DNA from: a virus
Reading direction: 5' to 3' (one strand)
DNA: 64,000 bases
IMG/VR virus record: IMGVR_UViG_3300013115_000353
Coordinates: 21,456 to 85,455 of that record
Shown here: positions 24,210 to 33,949 of the stretch, one piece after another
Position numbering within the stretch: the stretch's first letter is position 1
Layout: the number at the start of each line of letters is the position of its first letter
Position numbers and translations under genes: made by a program
The notes under the pieces: model-generated
Seen by the model: the letters and a program-made list of their open reading frames with translations, nothing else
Told to the model about the DNA's origin: nothing
Database searches by the model: none

Positions 24210-24560
24210 TCATCTCCAGAACAATTGGATGGAGGCAATTATAAAGGCTAAGAATACACATGTCATAGTTTTTGCGGTAAACATACTCTCACCTAGGAAA
24301 TGCCAAGTAAGCAAAGGAAAGGTAAGATAGGACAGGGCGAAGATTAAAAACCTAGGGCCCCATATTTCCCCCATCTCGGCATATGCTAACTGCATCCCAT
24401 ACCAAAAGCACAAAGAAGCTGGAAAGGTGAACACCACAATGGGCAAAATAGGCTTATCTCTCCACCACTCCCATACAAACTGAGAGTTGAGATGGAACCA
24501 TCCGAATAGCTGTCCGATAGTAAACAACAAACATGCTAATAATATCTTAGAAGTTGGCAA
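24210..24560 (-). CDS. Small multi-pass membrane protein (SMR/DMT-like size and topology)
   Basis: 116 aa with four hydrophobic segments. Confidence 0.65.
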   Translation of the reverse strand: MPTSKILLACLLFTIGQLFGWFHLNSQFVWEWWRDKPILPIVVFTFPASLCFWYGMQLAYAEMGEIWGPRFLIFALSYLTFPLLTWHFLGESMFTAKTMTCVFLAFIIASIQLFWR

Positions 24561-25311
24561 TTATCATTTCCTCGCACTGTTCTTTTTCTTGAGTTTCTCG
24601 TCCATACTTATCAATCATGCGGATGTTGCAATCTTTGTAGAGAGTGTGCGCTTGGGGATGGTATTTATAAAGTACAATCCACTTGTCTTTTACTTCTTCA
24701 AGCGCTTCTCTAAATCGTTTATGATAAACTCGTGTCATTTCTAGTCCTGTGTTTCTGCCGTATTCTAATAAGTTATAATTAAATTGTCCAATGGGGAAGA
24801 GCCTATAATCGCTCTGAGGGGAGCCTTGAGGGAGTGTCTCTATCAAGGTGGGACTATCATCAAAGGTAAGAAAAAAATTTTTAGGGGAAAACTTTTTCAA
24901 ATAGGAGAATGCGATAGGATTAAGATTTTCATCATTAAACCGTCCTGCCGAAATCCAACCGCTCTCCGAGCAGCGATTAAGTAAAAAAAACAATGCCGAT
25001 CTCGCGTATTCGTCTTTATAAGTGTGCCACTGAGCTTGAAAGGTGTGAAATGCTTCACTGGTGCCAATAGGATAAAGATATCGAGCCATAGCTTCTATTT
25101 TTACAGGATCCTCTAAAGCACATTTCCAAAATTCATACACCACATATTTGTTGGTGTGTCCAATAACAAATCGTTCCGCTTCAGCTAATTTAAACTCTAG
25201 CTCTCCTGAAAACAGAAAATAAGAGTCTATCACGCTTCCCTTGGGAATCAACTCTTTTAAAACAGCCAAAGATTTAAATCTATTAATATTTTCTTTAATC
25301 GGTGACTTCAT
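24547..25311 (-). CDS. Degenerate Dam (D12-class) adenine-methyltransferase-like protein
   Basis: ARSALFFLLNRCSESG...GRFN resembles Dam AA.F.YLNR..FNG; motif I degenerate and no DPPY. Confidence 0.55.
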   Translation of the reverse strand: MKSPIKENINRFKSLAVLKELIPKGSVIDSYFLFSGELEFKLAEAERFVIGHTNKYVVYEFWKCALEDPVKIEAMARYLYPIGTSEAFHTFQAQWHTYKDEYARSALFFLLNRCSESGWISAGRFNDENLNPIAFSYLKKFSPKNFFLTFDDSPTLIETLPQGSPQSDYRLFPIGQFNYNLLEYGRNTGLEMTRVYHKRFREALEEVKDKWIVLYKYHPQAHTLYKDCNIRMIDKYGRETQEKEQCEEMIIANF

Positions 25312-25690
25312 CGTAGGGATTTACATCGGCAACCGTGCTTTTAAAGTCTTCGATAGATTCATCTAGTGTGGGAGACGACTGCTCAGGATCCGAGTTAACC
25401 ACTGTATTGGGTACCGAGGGCGGTTGAGCCTGATATTGAACATAACTGGCAATAAGAGTGGATATATCTGTTAAAGAATGATCTACTTTTTCTAGCTTTT
25501 CTCTTGTGGCATATAACTCACGTACTGTATTCAAAGACAAAATGTCTCCATCGGCGTCTCTTCCAATAATATGTCTCAGCCATGCAGCCGTTTCCTCCAC
25601 ATTTTCTGCAGCCTGACTCACCAAACGCGATATCTCTAGCCCCAAATCGTCCAAATCAATTGAATATTGAATAGTAATTCTCTGTCCCAT
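25295..25690 (-). CDS. Hypothetical protein
   Basis: 131 aa ORF in operon. Confidence 0.65.
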   Translation of the reverse strand: MGQRITIQYSIDLDDLGLEISRLVSQAAENVEETAAWLRHIIGRDADGDILSLNTVRELYATREKLEKVDHSLTDISTLIASYVQYQAQPPSVPNTVVNSDPEQSSPTLDESIEDFKSTVADVNPYDEVTD

Positions 25691-25694
25691 TTTT

Positions 25695-25991
25695 TTAACC
25701 TCTTATTACTTGTTTTGTTTTAGTCTTATTTAGCGCCGTTTCAATAGTTTCTGGCGCGCCTACCACTACAATCTCAGAGCCGGTGTGGCCGCGATTAATG
25801 CTTAACTTCGAAAATCTGTGGTTTTTATTTAGCTCAGACGGTAGCTTTCCTTGTTCATTTAATTGTTTCATTCGTGATTCTTCACGGATCATTACTACAT
25901 GTTCGGGATTAATAAAAATCTCTCGTAAAGTATAAGTTTGCTGTGATGTAATAGCATTATTGTTACACACTTCGGTTAGCTTGATTAACAT
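25695..25991 (-). CDS. Hypothetical phage protein
   Basis: IKLTEV...IFINPEHVV...IVVVG.P..I pattern; GGAGG RBS. Confidence 0.65.
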   Translation of the reverse strand: MLIKLTEVCNNNAITSQQTYTLREIFINPEHVVMIREESRMKQLNEQGKLPSELNKNHRFSKLSINRGHTGSEIVVVGAPETIETALNKTKTKQVIRG

Positions 25992-26211
25992 TTACTTCCT
26001 CCACGTTCATTGGATACACTTGCTCTCTTGAAACATACCATTGTGAGCCTTGAAAAAATACTTTTATCCACGTGGGCGTCACGAAATCGTCAATGACAAT
26101 CGCCGCCTGTGGTTTTAAAGTTTTAATATATTCTGATGGAGCTTTTTCAAGCTCATTAAGCAATGTAACATCTTGTGGGATGTAGCATAAATCTCCTTTT
26201 GTTATTTTCAT
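25963..26211 (-). CDS. Small SH3/KOW-like protein
   Basis: TKGDLCYI...KVFF...WYV. Confidence 0.55.
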   Translation of the reverse strand: MKITKGDLCYIPQDVTLLNELEKAPSEYIKTLKPQAAIVIDDFVTPTWIKVFFQGSQWYVSREQVYPMNVEEVNVNQANRSV

Positions 26212-26214
26212 TTT

Positions 26215-27786
26215 TTATCCTGTTTGTATGATACCATAATTAGTTGTGATGAGAGTGCCAGCACAACTAGCGGCATTCTGTAAAGCAACTCTCGTTACTT
26301 TAACGGGATCTATAATACCGTCCACTAACATATCTGTCAATTTTCCATTTTTAAAATCCCAACCTTTTTCTTCTCCGGATTCCAATATCTTATTAATAAT
26401 CAAATCTGGAGATTCGTTAGCGTTCAGAGCCATCTGCCTGATGGGCTCTTTGCATGCAGCTTGTACAATGGCTGCGCCTATAGCGATGTCTCGTTCTTTA
26501 GCTGTAATCACTAAAGTATTAGAGGCGCGCAACAATGCACACCCTCCTCCTGCAATAATCCCCTCTTCCTGCGCAGAGCGTACTGCCTCCAGGGCATCTT
26601 CTATCCTATGTTTCTTTTCTGTCATTTCCACTTCGGTTGTGCCTCCAACACGAATCACTGCTACTCCCGATGCCAGGCGCACAATTCTTTCTTGAACTGC
26701 TGTACATTCTTTCAAATCTTCGGTGTCTTTAATTATGTTTTTCAACGTTTCTATGCGCTGCTCTACTATTTCAAAATCACATTTACCACCCACTACGGTA
26801 GTATTATATTTATTACTCTCAATAAATTTTGCACTGCCTAAATGAATCATTTTTACATCTTTAAGTTTGATGCCCGATTCACGAGTAATAAATGTGGCAC
26901 CAGTAGAAACGGCAAGATCCGAAAGAGTAGTTCGGCGCTCTTCGCCATAATGGGGAGCCTTAATCGCTGCCACCTTAAGAGTGCCACGCATTGCGTTCAT
27001 AATCATTGCTGCCAATGCTTGTCCGTCGATGTCTTCCGCTACCACCACCAGCGGCCTAGCCTCTCTAGCTGTCATTTCTAGCAAAGGGAGAATCTGTTCT
27101 ACTGCATCAATCTTGTAATCTGTTACCAGAAGCAACGGATCATCGTGGTGCATAGTAGCACGACGCTCGTCAGTGATGAAAGCATTAGCGCAATAACCAC
27201 TATTAAGCCGGAACCCCTCTGTAACATCTAATGAAGTCTCCAAAGATCGCGACTCTTCAATAGTAATAGATCCATCTTGACCCACACGATCAACAGCAAG
27301 AGCGATAAGTTTTCCGATTGATTCATCATTGTTGGCAGAAATGGTCGCAACATGAGCGATCTCATCTGAACTTCTAACTGGGCGCGCTTGTGTTCTAAGC
27401 TTTTCTGTAATTTCTTTAGTTGCAAGTTCTATTCCTTTTTGTAAATCGTAAGGCGAGACACCTGAAGCGACATATTTCTGTGATTCTCTTAAGATTGCTC
27501 TCGCCAGTACGGTGGACGTGGTCGTCCCGTCGCCAGCAGTGTTATTAGTTTCTACTGCTGCTTGTTTGATAATTTGTACTCCAGCATTTTCAAAGGGATC
27601 GTCTAACGCAACAAAGTGCGCCACAGTTACACCGTCCTTAGTAATAAATGGTGTCTTTCCTTTCTCCTGTAAAAGTACATTGCGCCCCTTGGGGCCTAGT
27701 GTGGAAGCTACGTTGTCAGCAAGAACGTTTACTCCCTTCATAATTTTCTGTTGTAGAGTTTGTTTGCTGTCATAATCTCTAGTCAA
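26215..27786 (-). CDS. groEL: Chaperonin GroEL
   Basis: TLGPKGRNV, ITKDGVTVA, AGDGTTT, GVAVIRVGG, GIIDPVKVTR; no GGM tail. Confidence 0.97.
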   Translation of the reverse strand: MTRDYDSKQTLQQKIMKGVNVLADNVASTLGPKGRNVLLQEKGKTPFITKDGVTVAHFVALDDPFENAGVQIIKQAAVETNNTAGDGTTTSTVLARAILRESQKYVASGVSPYDLQKGIELATKEITEKLRTQARPVRSSDEIAHVATISANNDESIGKLIALAVDRVGQDGSITIEESRSLETSLDVTEGFRLNSGYCANAFITDERRATMHHDDPLLLVTDYKIDAVEQILPLLEMTAREARPLVVVAEDIDGQALAAMIMNAMRGTLKVAAIKAPHYGEERRTTLSDLAVSTGATFITRESGIKLKDVKMIHLGSAKFIESNKYNTTVVGGKCDFEIVEQRIETLKNIIKDTEDLKECTAVQERIVRLASGVAVIRVGGTTEVEMTEKKHRIEDALEAVRSAQEEGIIAGGGCALLRASNTLVITAKERDIAIGAAIVQAACKEPIRQMALNANESPDLIINKILESGEEKGWDFKNGKLTDMLVDGIIDPVKVTRVALQNAASCAGTLITTNYGIIQTG

Positions 27787-27805
27787 TAATCACCTCTCTA
27801 GTAAT

Positions 27806-27834
27806 AGTATAATCTCTTTTTGATTATATGTCAA
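27806..27834 (-). promoter_or_regulatory. Sigma70-type promoter of groEL
   Basis: TTGACA, 17 bp, TATACT, then GAGGTG RBS. Confidence 0.75.
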
Positions 27835-27843
27835 GTCTTTATT

Positions 27844-29427
27844 TTATGCTTCGCGGGGATCCGCCTTCAAAGTTTTAACTATTTCTTCGCCTTGTTTTTG
27901 AGCCGTAGAATTAGCTGCGGTAGCCTCACTGCGTTCTTCAGTGCTATAGTATTTGCCAATATTTTCTGTAAATTCCTTTGTAAGCGTCAGTAAGGAGATT
28001 AAGTCTTTACCCAGTTTATCAGTATATATCTTTGCTATCTTTTTAATATTCTCTGACGACAAGTTTATTTCGCCATAATGCTCGGTGAGGAGAAGTCCCG
28101 TCATTGCAGTCATTTGTGTTCTACTTATCCCCCATTGACTTCCACCTTCACTTTTTCCCGCTTCCAATAGAAGCAACTCTTCTTTCATCATTCTTTTTTC
28201 ATCTTCATGAAAACACCCAAAGTAGCCCATAGATTCTGCTACGGGTTCTTGTGTGGCCCGGGCAGCGATGTCTTCAAGTCCCTTTGCATAGCCCTCTTCA
28301 TATCTCTTTCTTAGCACTCTCAATGCCTTCGGATCAACATCAGGCTCAGACTCAGGGGTAAACACAGATTCATCTGGAGCTTCCCCACTGAGTGCGGCTT
28401 GTCTTCCGACATTATAAGCTTCTACTTGACTGCCCTGCTGTAGTACACGAGCATAAGACTTTTTCTTTTGTGCGCTAGTGTCACGTTTGCTTCCGGCATC
28501 CTCATCAAATTCACCCGTCTCATCAACATTCTTATAAAACATGCCTTTGTTTTTGGTATAGCCTGGAACTCGCTGCAAGACATCGAACATATCTTGTCTC
28601 CACTTGCTAGCTAACTTGGGATCCTGTGGGTATGCTTTTATTTGTACCCTAAGATCCTCTGCCGCGTCACCTAGAAGATGGCCGTTCTTCGCACCCAACA
28701 TCGCATCAACGAAATTCTCGCGAGTAATTTCAAAAGCAAAGAGAGTCAACTTAGAAACATTGTCGCCTTCTGTGTCTTTAAGGGCAATCAAGTATTTAAT
28801 CGAAGGAACACCTCCTCCTCCTCGGAGGAAAAGATAGTCAATGAGATTAGTAAAGCTACCGTGAATAACCGTATCAGGGCTCAAAAGTTTTAAACTAACA
28901 TTTTCGCCGGCGCCGGTGATAAAATCTTCAATTGGGAGAGTGCCGCCAACGCGACCAGCTTCTTGTCTGCCTCCCGTAAGTGCTGCCATAAATGCTTCAA
29001 ATACAAATCCGGAAGATGCCTCGTTATAATCGTTGAGCGTTGCTTGTAGTGCTTCGATAATCATCATCATATTCAAGAGCGTGTTCGTCTGGCCGCCGGG
29101 CGCCTTGCGTTTAGCCGCCGCTGGGTCCAAAAAAGAATTAACGTGTGCAATTCGCGCTCTCATATTGCCACCGCCCGTAACAGAAGCAAAAATTCTCTCA
29201 ACTTCTTGACGGGACTGACTACCAGGGTCTCCCCAAGACTCAGTTGGAATCAACTTTGGAAGATCAATATCAACACTAAATCGATGGCCATCTTCCTCTG
29301 ATATCACCTCTGGCTCAATGGCATCATACAGCTGCTCAACCATTTCCATTAACATAGAAAAGTCAATAGGCTTCTTTTCTTCTTTCTTTTTATATTCTTT
29401 TCTCAAAATCTCAGATAGTTCAGACAT
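27844..29427 (-). CDS. Hypothetical protein (527 aa)
   Basis: Long ORF; SGFVFEAF...IED...SLKLL could be a PD-(D/E)XK-like core (weak). Confidence 0.7.
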   Translation of the reverse strand: MSELSEILRKEYKKKEEKKPIDFSMLMEMVEQLYDAIEPEVISEEDGHRFSVDIDLPKLIPTESWGDPGSQSRQEVERIFASVTGGGNMRARIAHVNSFLDPAAAKRKAPGGQTNTLLNMMMIIEALQATLNDYNEASSGFVFEAFMAALTGGRQEAGRVGGTLPIEDFITGAGENVSLKLLSPDTVIHGSFTNLIDYLFLRGGGGVPSIKYLIALKDTEGDNVSKLTLFAFEITRENFVDAMLGAKNGHLLGDAAEDLRVQIKAYPQDPKLASKWRQDMFDVLQRVPGYTKNKGMFYKNVDETGEFDEDAGSKRDTSAQKKKSYARVLQQGSQVEAYNVGRQAALSGEAPDESVFTPESEPDVDPKALRVLRKRYEEGYAKGLEDIAARATQEPVAESMGYFGCFHEDEKRMMKEELLLLEAGKSEGGSQWGISRTQMTAMTGLLLTEHYGEINLSSENIKKIAKIYTDKLGKDLISLLTLTKEFTENIGKYYSTEERSEATAANSTAQKQGEEIVKTLKADPREA

Positions 29428-29436
29428 ATGTTATCC

Positions 29437-30108
29437 TCATAATATTTCGTCAGCGATTCCTAACTTAATTGCTTGCTCTGCAGATAAATAGACATTCACT
29501 TTACGTTTTAACATTTTTTTAAGTTGAGATTCCGTCATTTTTGTTTCCTCTACTAAACAATTTATGTACATTTTTTGTAGTTCTTCGACCGCCTCTAATT
29601 CGTTAACGAGATCATGAATATTTCCCTGGTTGCCGGCACTTACTGAATGAATCATAATACGGCAGTTCTTTGCAATCCTACGCTTGCCCTTTGTTCCGCA
29701 AGCAAGCAGTGGTACGCCGGCCGACATAACCTTTCCAACACCTACGGTATGAATCTCTGTTGTCTTCTGGATATTTTTCATTATATCATATAATGCAAAC
29801 ATATCATCAGCAGAGCCACCGTAGGTAGACAGATAAAACTCAATAGACTCTTTGTCTTCTTCTTCTTTGCCTTTGTTCGTTTCATTCATATATAAAAGCG
29901 CATGAACTAATTCGGCTATGGGCTCCTCTAGTATGTCAGAGAACAAGCCGATTGTCCTCAAGTTAATCTCTGGCTCCCCTCCTTGCAACTTGGAAGGATC
30001 AACCAGCACTATTTTTTTCTCTTCAGGTTTTTCCTCAGTCGCTTCAAAAAAGTTTCGCAGCTTTTCTTTTAATATGTCTAATACATTACTCTTCAGCGAG
30101 GAATGCAT
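29437..30108 (-). CDS. clpP: ClpP-family protease
   Basis: YLSTYGGS, GKVMSAG (Ser), IMIH (His), YLSAEQAIKLGIADEI. Confidence 0.9.
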   Translation of the reverse strand: MHSSLKSNVLDILKEKLRNFFEATEEKPEEKKIVLVDPSKLQGGEPEINLRTIGLFSDILEEPIAELVHALLYMNETNKGKEEEDKESIEFYLSTYGGSADDMFALYDIMKNIQKTTEIHTVGVGKVMSAGVPLLACGTKGKRRIAKNCRIMIHSVSAGNQGNIHDLVNELEAVEELQKMYINCLVEETKMTESQLKKMLKRKVNVYLSAEQAIKLGIADEIL

Positions 30109-30484
30109 GAGCCACCTCCTTATGTTGTTCTAAAAAGTCCATCCCTGATTCCCAATCGTTAAAATCTAAAATCTCCTTAAAAAACTTGGAGTGCTGTTCC
30201 ACAATATGCTTTATTGCTTTTTTTTTATACGACTCGATAGCCAAATCAATGTTGATAGTATAAGCATTAATATTCTGTTCACTCGCGTTGCTTTCTTGGA
30301 GGGTGAGAATTTTGTAAGTTCGTGAGAAGGCAAAGTTTTCCATTGACTTTGCGAGGATGGCTAGGCTAATAACTTGGGCGCTTTTTACTATTACTATTCC
30401 AGTTCTATTAGCATGAAAAAAATAAAACGTCTTACACGTCAGATATCCAAAACCAAAAGCCAGAAAATATAAAAGCCACTCCAT
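30086..30484 (-). CDS. Hypothetical membrane-anchored protein
   Basis: 132 aa; hydrophobic N-terminus; AAGGTG RBS. Confidence 0.65.
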   Translation of the reverse strand: MEWLLYFLAFGFGYLTCKTFYFFHANRTGIVIVKSAQVISLAILAKSMENFAFSRTYKILTLQESNASEQNINAYTINIDLAIESYKKKAIKHIVEQHSKFFKEILDFNDWESGMDFLEQHKEVAHAFLAEE

Positions 30485-30498
30485 TCATCACCTTTCAC

Positions 30499-30528
30499 AA
30501 AATAACCACCAGTATTTCTACTGATGGC
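30499..30528 (-). terminator. Putative intrinsic terminator / stem-loop
   Basis: GCCATCAGTA GAAA TACTGGTGGT followed by TATTTT. Confidence 0.6.
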
Positions 30529-30531
30529 TTA

Positions 30532-30560
30532 ATTATAACAGCTTGTAGTTTTTTTGTCAA
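30532..30560 (-). promoter_or_regulatory. Consensus sigma70 promoter
   Basis: TTGACA, 17 bp, TATAAT with TGn extension. Confidence 0.8.
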
Positions 30561-31163
30561 CTACTTTACTAGCAATCTTTTCATAATTCGTTCTGTTAGT
30601 GTGTCAGCCATCTTTGCGCGACGAGACTCCCGCATCAAACGTGCAGCCACTCGCCGTGCCACTTCGGCTACCATCTCTTCTTCGTCCGCTACAACCTCTT
30701 CTCCACCTTCGGGAGATATGTCAGCGTCGATGTCCATTTCCATCTCTTCTCCCCCTGGCTCTTCGAGTTCAGCGTCCATCTCTAATTCTTCGTCGCCGCC
30801 TTCGGAGCGCTCAGCATCCATCACGACACCATATGGTTCTAAGGCACTTCCCATGGCATCAAGCATGGTTTCTAGTGCGTCTTCTACGGCAGAAACAGCT
30901 TCGGGAGCTAACTCTTCAGCACCCTCTTCATCCATACCCATATCCATCTCGCCTTCAGGCTCAACATCCATTTCCATTTCATCTTCGACAGCTACTTCTT
31001 CGTCGCCGCCCATATCAAATTCCTCTTCCGCTTCAACGGCTTCGTCATCCATCACAGGCTGCTCAGAAAGCGTGCCCATCCTATCGCTACCAATAGCAGG
31101 CATGCTAGCCAGCTTCATAAATCTCCGAATCTCGGATTCGGTTAGCAAAGTCTTTCGAGCCAT
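30561..31163 (-). CDS. Very acidic low-complexity protein, possibly head scaffold or internal protein
   Basis: AAGGAG RBS; MARKTLLTESEIRRFMKLA, then E/D/M-rich core, then VAEVARRVAARL. Confidence 0.7.
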   Translation of the reverse strand: MARKTLLTESEIRRFMKLASMPAIGSDRMGTLSEQPVMDDEAVEAEEEFDMGGDEEVAVEDEMEMDVEPEGEMDMGMDEEGAEELAPEAVSAVEDALETMLDAMGSALEPYGVVMDAERSEGGDEELEMDAELEEPGGEEMEMDIDADISPEGGEEVVADEEEMVAEVARRVAARLMRESRRAKMADTLTERIMKRLLVK

Positions 31164-31225
31164 TATCAAATCTCCTTAAAATATACAAACTCAAATATAA
31201 ATAGTGTTGTGTTTTAATAAAGGCA

Positions 31226-31486
31226 TTAAAAAAGCACATTTGCATTTGAGAGGCGTTTTTTGAGTTTTTCTAAAGCTTTAACTTCTATTTGTTTTACTCT
31301 TGCAAAAGATATACCCAAACGTTCCGCTGCCTCTCTGAGAGTCATTCTGCCATTTTCATAAACAGATATTAAACAACAATTGTGTTCCTTTTCATAATCT
31401 ACCCAAAGACGACACTCTGTTATAGGACACGCAACTTCCTTTTCTAAACAATACTTTGAGCACTCTAGTAATCCGTTTCCTTTCAT
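31226..31486 (-). CDS. Stand-alone sigma70 region 4 (HTH) protein with a Cys-rich N-terminus
   Basis: MTLREAAERLGISFARVKQIEVKALEKLK matches the sigma70 region 4.2 pattern TL.E.G....V(T/S)RERIRQIE.KAL.KL. Confidence 0.8.
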   Translation of the reverse strand: MKGNGLLECSKYCLEKEVACPITECRLWVDYEKEHNCCLISVYENGRMTLREAAERLGISFARVKQIEVKALEKLKKRLSNANVLF

Positions 31487-31815
31487 AGTTCTGGGTGCTC
31501 CTCTTCTAGCAAGTCAAAAATGTTTTCAATATCACCCTCGCTAAGCGCAAAATCTTTAAGGGTGTTTTTTCCTTTTTGGCGCAGCTGCGCAGATTTTGCC
31601 TTTTTGATTTTAGACTGATCTTTTACTTCATCAACATACCCTTGAATTCTATGATCGCCTGTGATATATGCAGTTATCATGTGGCGGAAAAAAGCAGACT
31701 GTGTAAGTCCGTCCTGTTTTAATCTAATTAAAAGTTGTGCTTGCCTGTGATCATTGTCTGTGAAAATTATTCGTTTTGTTAGGTTTCCATAATCTATATC
31801 CGTAGACATCACCAC
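31483..31815 (-). CDS. Hypothetical protein, possibly ribbon-helix-helix DNA-binding
   Basis: KRIIF...QLLIRL..DGLTQSAFFR..I. Confidence 0.6.
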   Translation of the reverse strand: MVMSTDIDYGNLTKRIIFTDNDHRQAQLLIRLKQDGLTQSAFFRHMITAYITGDHRIQGYVDEVKDQSKIKKAKSAQLRQKGKNTLKDFALSEGDIENIFDLLEEEHPEL

Positions 31816-32855
31816 TCCCTCGTTTTAATATGGGTATGGCTCTCTGACAAGCCAGAGTGTGTTTGTCGAACAAACCGCGATCTAGCATGCAATTCATTAA
31901 TGGAGCGACAGCCGCTATACGATAAACCGGATCGCATGCCTCGCTCTAAGTCTTCCAGGATGGATTTAACCGAACCTCGATAGGGCACCCTGGCGGCAAC
32001 ACCCTCAAAAGAACTATACCTACCACGCCAACTGACTTGAGCCTCTTTGCTTGCCATGCCGCGATACGACTTCCAATGCAAGCCATCAGAATCCTCAAGG
32101 ACTTTTCCTGGTGTTTCATCTGTGCCTGCTAGCAACGAACCACACATTACGGCGTGAGCGCCAGCAGCAAGAGCTTTTACGATATCACCGGAGTTTCTAA
32201 TGCCTCCGTCAGCAATAATAGCTACATCTCTGTCTGTCTGAGCACACTCCATAATGGTTTGAAGTCCCGGCATGCCATGTCCCGTCTGGATACGAGTCGA
32301 ACAAATAGAACCTCCTCCAATATTACAACGGACGCTATCGGCTCCCCAATCAGCCAAGTCATTTATACCCTGAAGCGTAGCTACATTACCTGCCATAATA
32401 TGAAAATTATCAGAACATAGCTTTCTTAATTCTTGGAGGGCTTCTTTCATAACGATATGATGGCCGTGTGCCACATCAATACATAAAAAATCTACGCCGG
32501 CATCTAATAGTTCAGCTGCGCGTTCAAGATAATCACCGGTGACGCCAATAGCTGCCCCTACGTTGTGCTCTATACGTGGCAAAAAAGTTAGACTCATAAC
32601 ACTGCAAACGTTCTTAACACACAGCGCCTGCTCATCAACGCTGTTATAACGATGAATAATCCCAGTACCGCCAAACGATGTCATGGCAATTGCCATCCTG
32701 CTTTCCGAAATGGTGTCCATGGGCGATGAAATAATGGGAAGCTGTAACGTTACCCCTTTTCCTAAATTAGACAAAATATCTACTTCGCTTCGGGTACGGA
32801 TATCTGAATACTGGGGCACTAATAATACATCATCATATGATAAAACTTCTTTCAT
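31809..32855 (-). CDS. guaB: IMP dehydrogenase / GMP reductase family protein (no CBS domains)
   Basis: LSYDDVLLVP, SSPMDT, DVAHGH, GGGSICSTR catalytic Cys, IIADGGI, YRGMAS. Confidence 0.88.
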   Translation of the reverse strand: MKEVLSYDDVLLVPQYSDIRTRSEVDILSNLGKGVTLQLPIISSPMDTISESRMAIAMTSFGGTGIIHRYNSVDEQALCVKNVCSVMSLTFLPRIEHNVGAAIGVTGDYLERAAELLDAGVDFLCIDVAHGHHIVMKEALQELRKLCSDNFHIMAGNVATLQGINDLADWGADSVRCNIGGGSICSTRIQTGHGMPGLQTIMECAQTDRDVAIIADGGIRNSGDIVKALAAGAHAVMCGSLLAGTDETPGKVLEDSDGLHWKSYRGMASKEAQVSWRGRYSSFEGVAARVPYRGSVKSILEDLERGMRSGLSYSGCRSINELHARSRFVRQTHSGLSESHTHIKTREW

Positions 32856-33220
32856 TTCTTCTCCTTTTCAATAAACTGTTCAATGTCCGACAGATGATAC
32901 CATGTATCTTTATTGGGCTCAGTCGGATCTTTTAAAATACGAATCTTAGGCTGTCGCACTCCCGTCTTCAACATGGTAATAGTGGGAACACCATCAAACC
33001 CCAATACCTTCTCTGCTTGAGGGTAATCGGCAATATTAAATGCAAAAAAATGAATATCCGAAAACTCTTTTTTATCAGCTATATCCTTGTAAGGAGCGCT
33101 CAACTTGTGGCACAAATGACATCCATTGGAATAAAACTTAATAACACATGTAGCTGCTTCTTTAACCTGTCCGGATAATAGCTTTTGCAATGCCGGCTTA
33201 GACAATCGATCAATCGACAT
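32852..33220 (-). CDS. Thioredoxin-like protein
   Basis: KFYSNGCHLC (CxxC) and GVPT. Confidence 0.8.
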   Translation of the reverse strand: MSIDRLSKPALQKLLSGQVKEAATCVIKFYSNGCHLCHKLSAPYKDIADKKEFSDIHFFAFNIADYPQAEKVLGFDGVPTITMLKTGVRQPKIRILKDPTEPNKDTWYHLSDIEQFIEKEKK

Positions 33221-33467
33221 TTTCTGTCTCCTTTAAGGCGTCTCTAGTTTTATCAATGCATTCGGGACAAAACAGACGTACAGTTTTATTAGCCTCGCGA
33301 ACCACGACTGACCACGATGATACCATCTCTCGATCTGTTTTGTCAAAATCCTTGTGGCAGGCAGTACACATACTCGGTAATTCTCCAAACATGGCAACCT
33401 TATTTGCCATGGCTTTTTCAGCAGGGGATGCCCTATCTAGGGCCCGTCTTTGTTTCCTGTTCATCAT
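33210..33467 (-). CDS. Small zinc-finger protein
   Basis: NRKQRRA N-terminus; CTAC...CPEC. Confidence 0.7.
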   Translation of the reverse strand: MMNRKQRRALDRASPAEKAMANKVAMFGELPSMCTACHKDFDKTDREMVSSWSVVVREANKTVRLFCPECIDKTRDALKETENVD

Positions 33468-33949
33468 CGCTCCATCGTGTATACTGAAGGGTATAAATTA
33501 CGTACATAAGAAGTACCCGGATTAAACACTACTACTGCAGATGGAAAGGGAGCAGAGTTCTTAGAGTCGCCAAACTTGAGGCGCCCCTTGATAAAGTGAA
33601 TCTCTGTGGCGCGCATTACATAATTGTGCCAGTACTTGGTGTCAGTTCTCGCAGGGATAAGCATTACTACCTTAGTATCATCCTTCTGGCTTTCTCTATA
33701 TCCCTTCTCTACCCACTCTGAGAGGTTGCTGTAGGGAGGATTAACGAAAACAGTTTCCCCTTTCCAGTCTTGTTCCAGTCCATTGTCTTCAAGAGTGTAG
33801 TACTTCTTCGTCTTATGGTTCTCCGACGTGGCACAGGGATCCAAAGTAAACTTTCCAAATCTCCAATCAAGTTTATTAAAAAACTCAGTTGGGGTTGCCC
33901 ATTCGCCTGTCTTGGAACTAAATAATGTTTTTTGTGTTGTTTTATTCAT
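33464..33949 (-). CDS. Phage N6-adenine DNA methyltransferase (small Dam-type family)
   Basis: EWATP...FTLDPCA...VFVNPPYS...LIPARTDT...IKGRLKFG...APFPS. Confidence 0.9.
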   Translation of the reverse strand: MNKTTQKTLFSSKTGEWATPTEFFNKLDWRFGKFTLDPCATSENHKTKKYYTLEDNGLEQDWKGETVFVNPPYSNLSEWVEKGYRESQKDDTKVVMLIPARTDTKYWHNYVMRATEIHFIKGRLKFGDSKNSAPFPSAVVVFNPGTSYVRNLYPSVYTMER

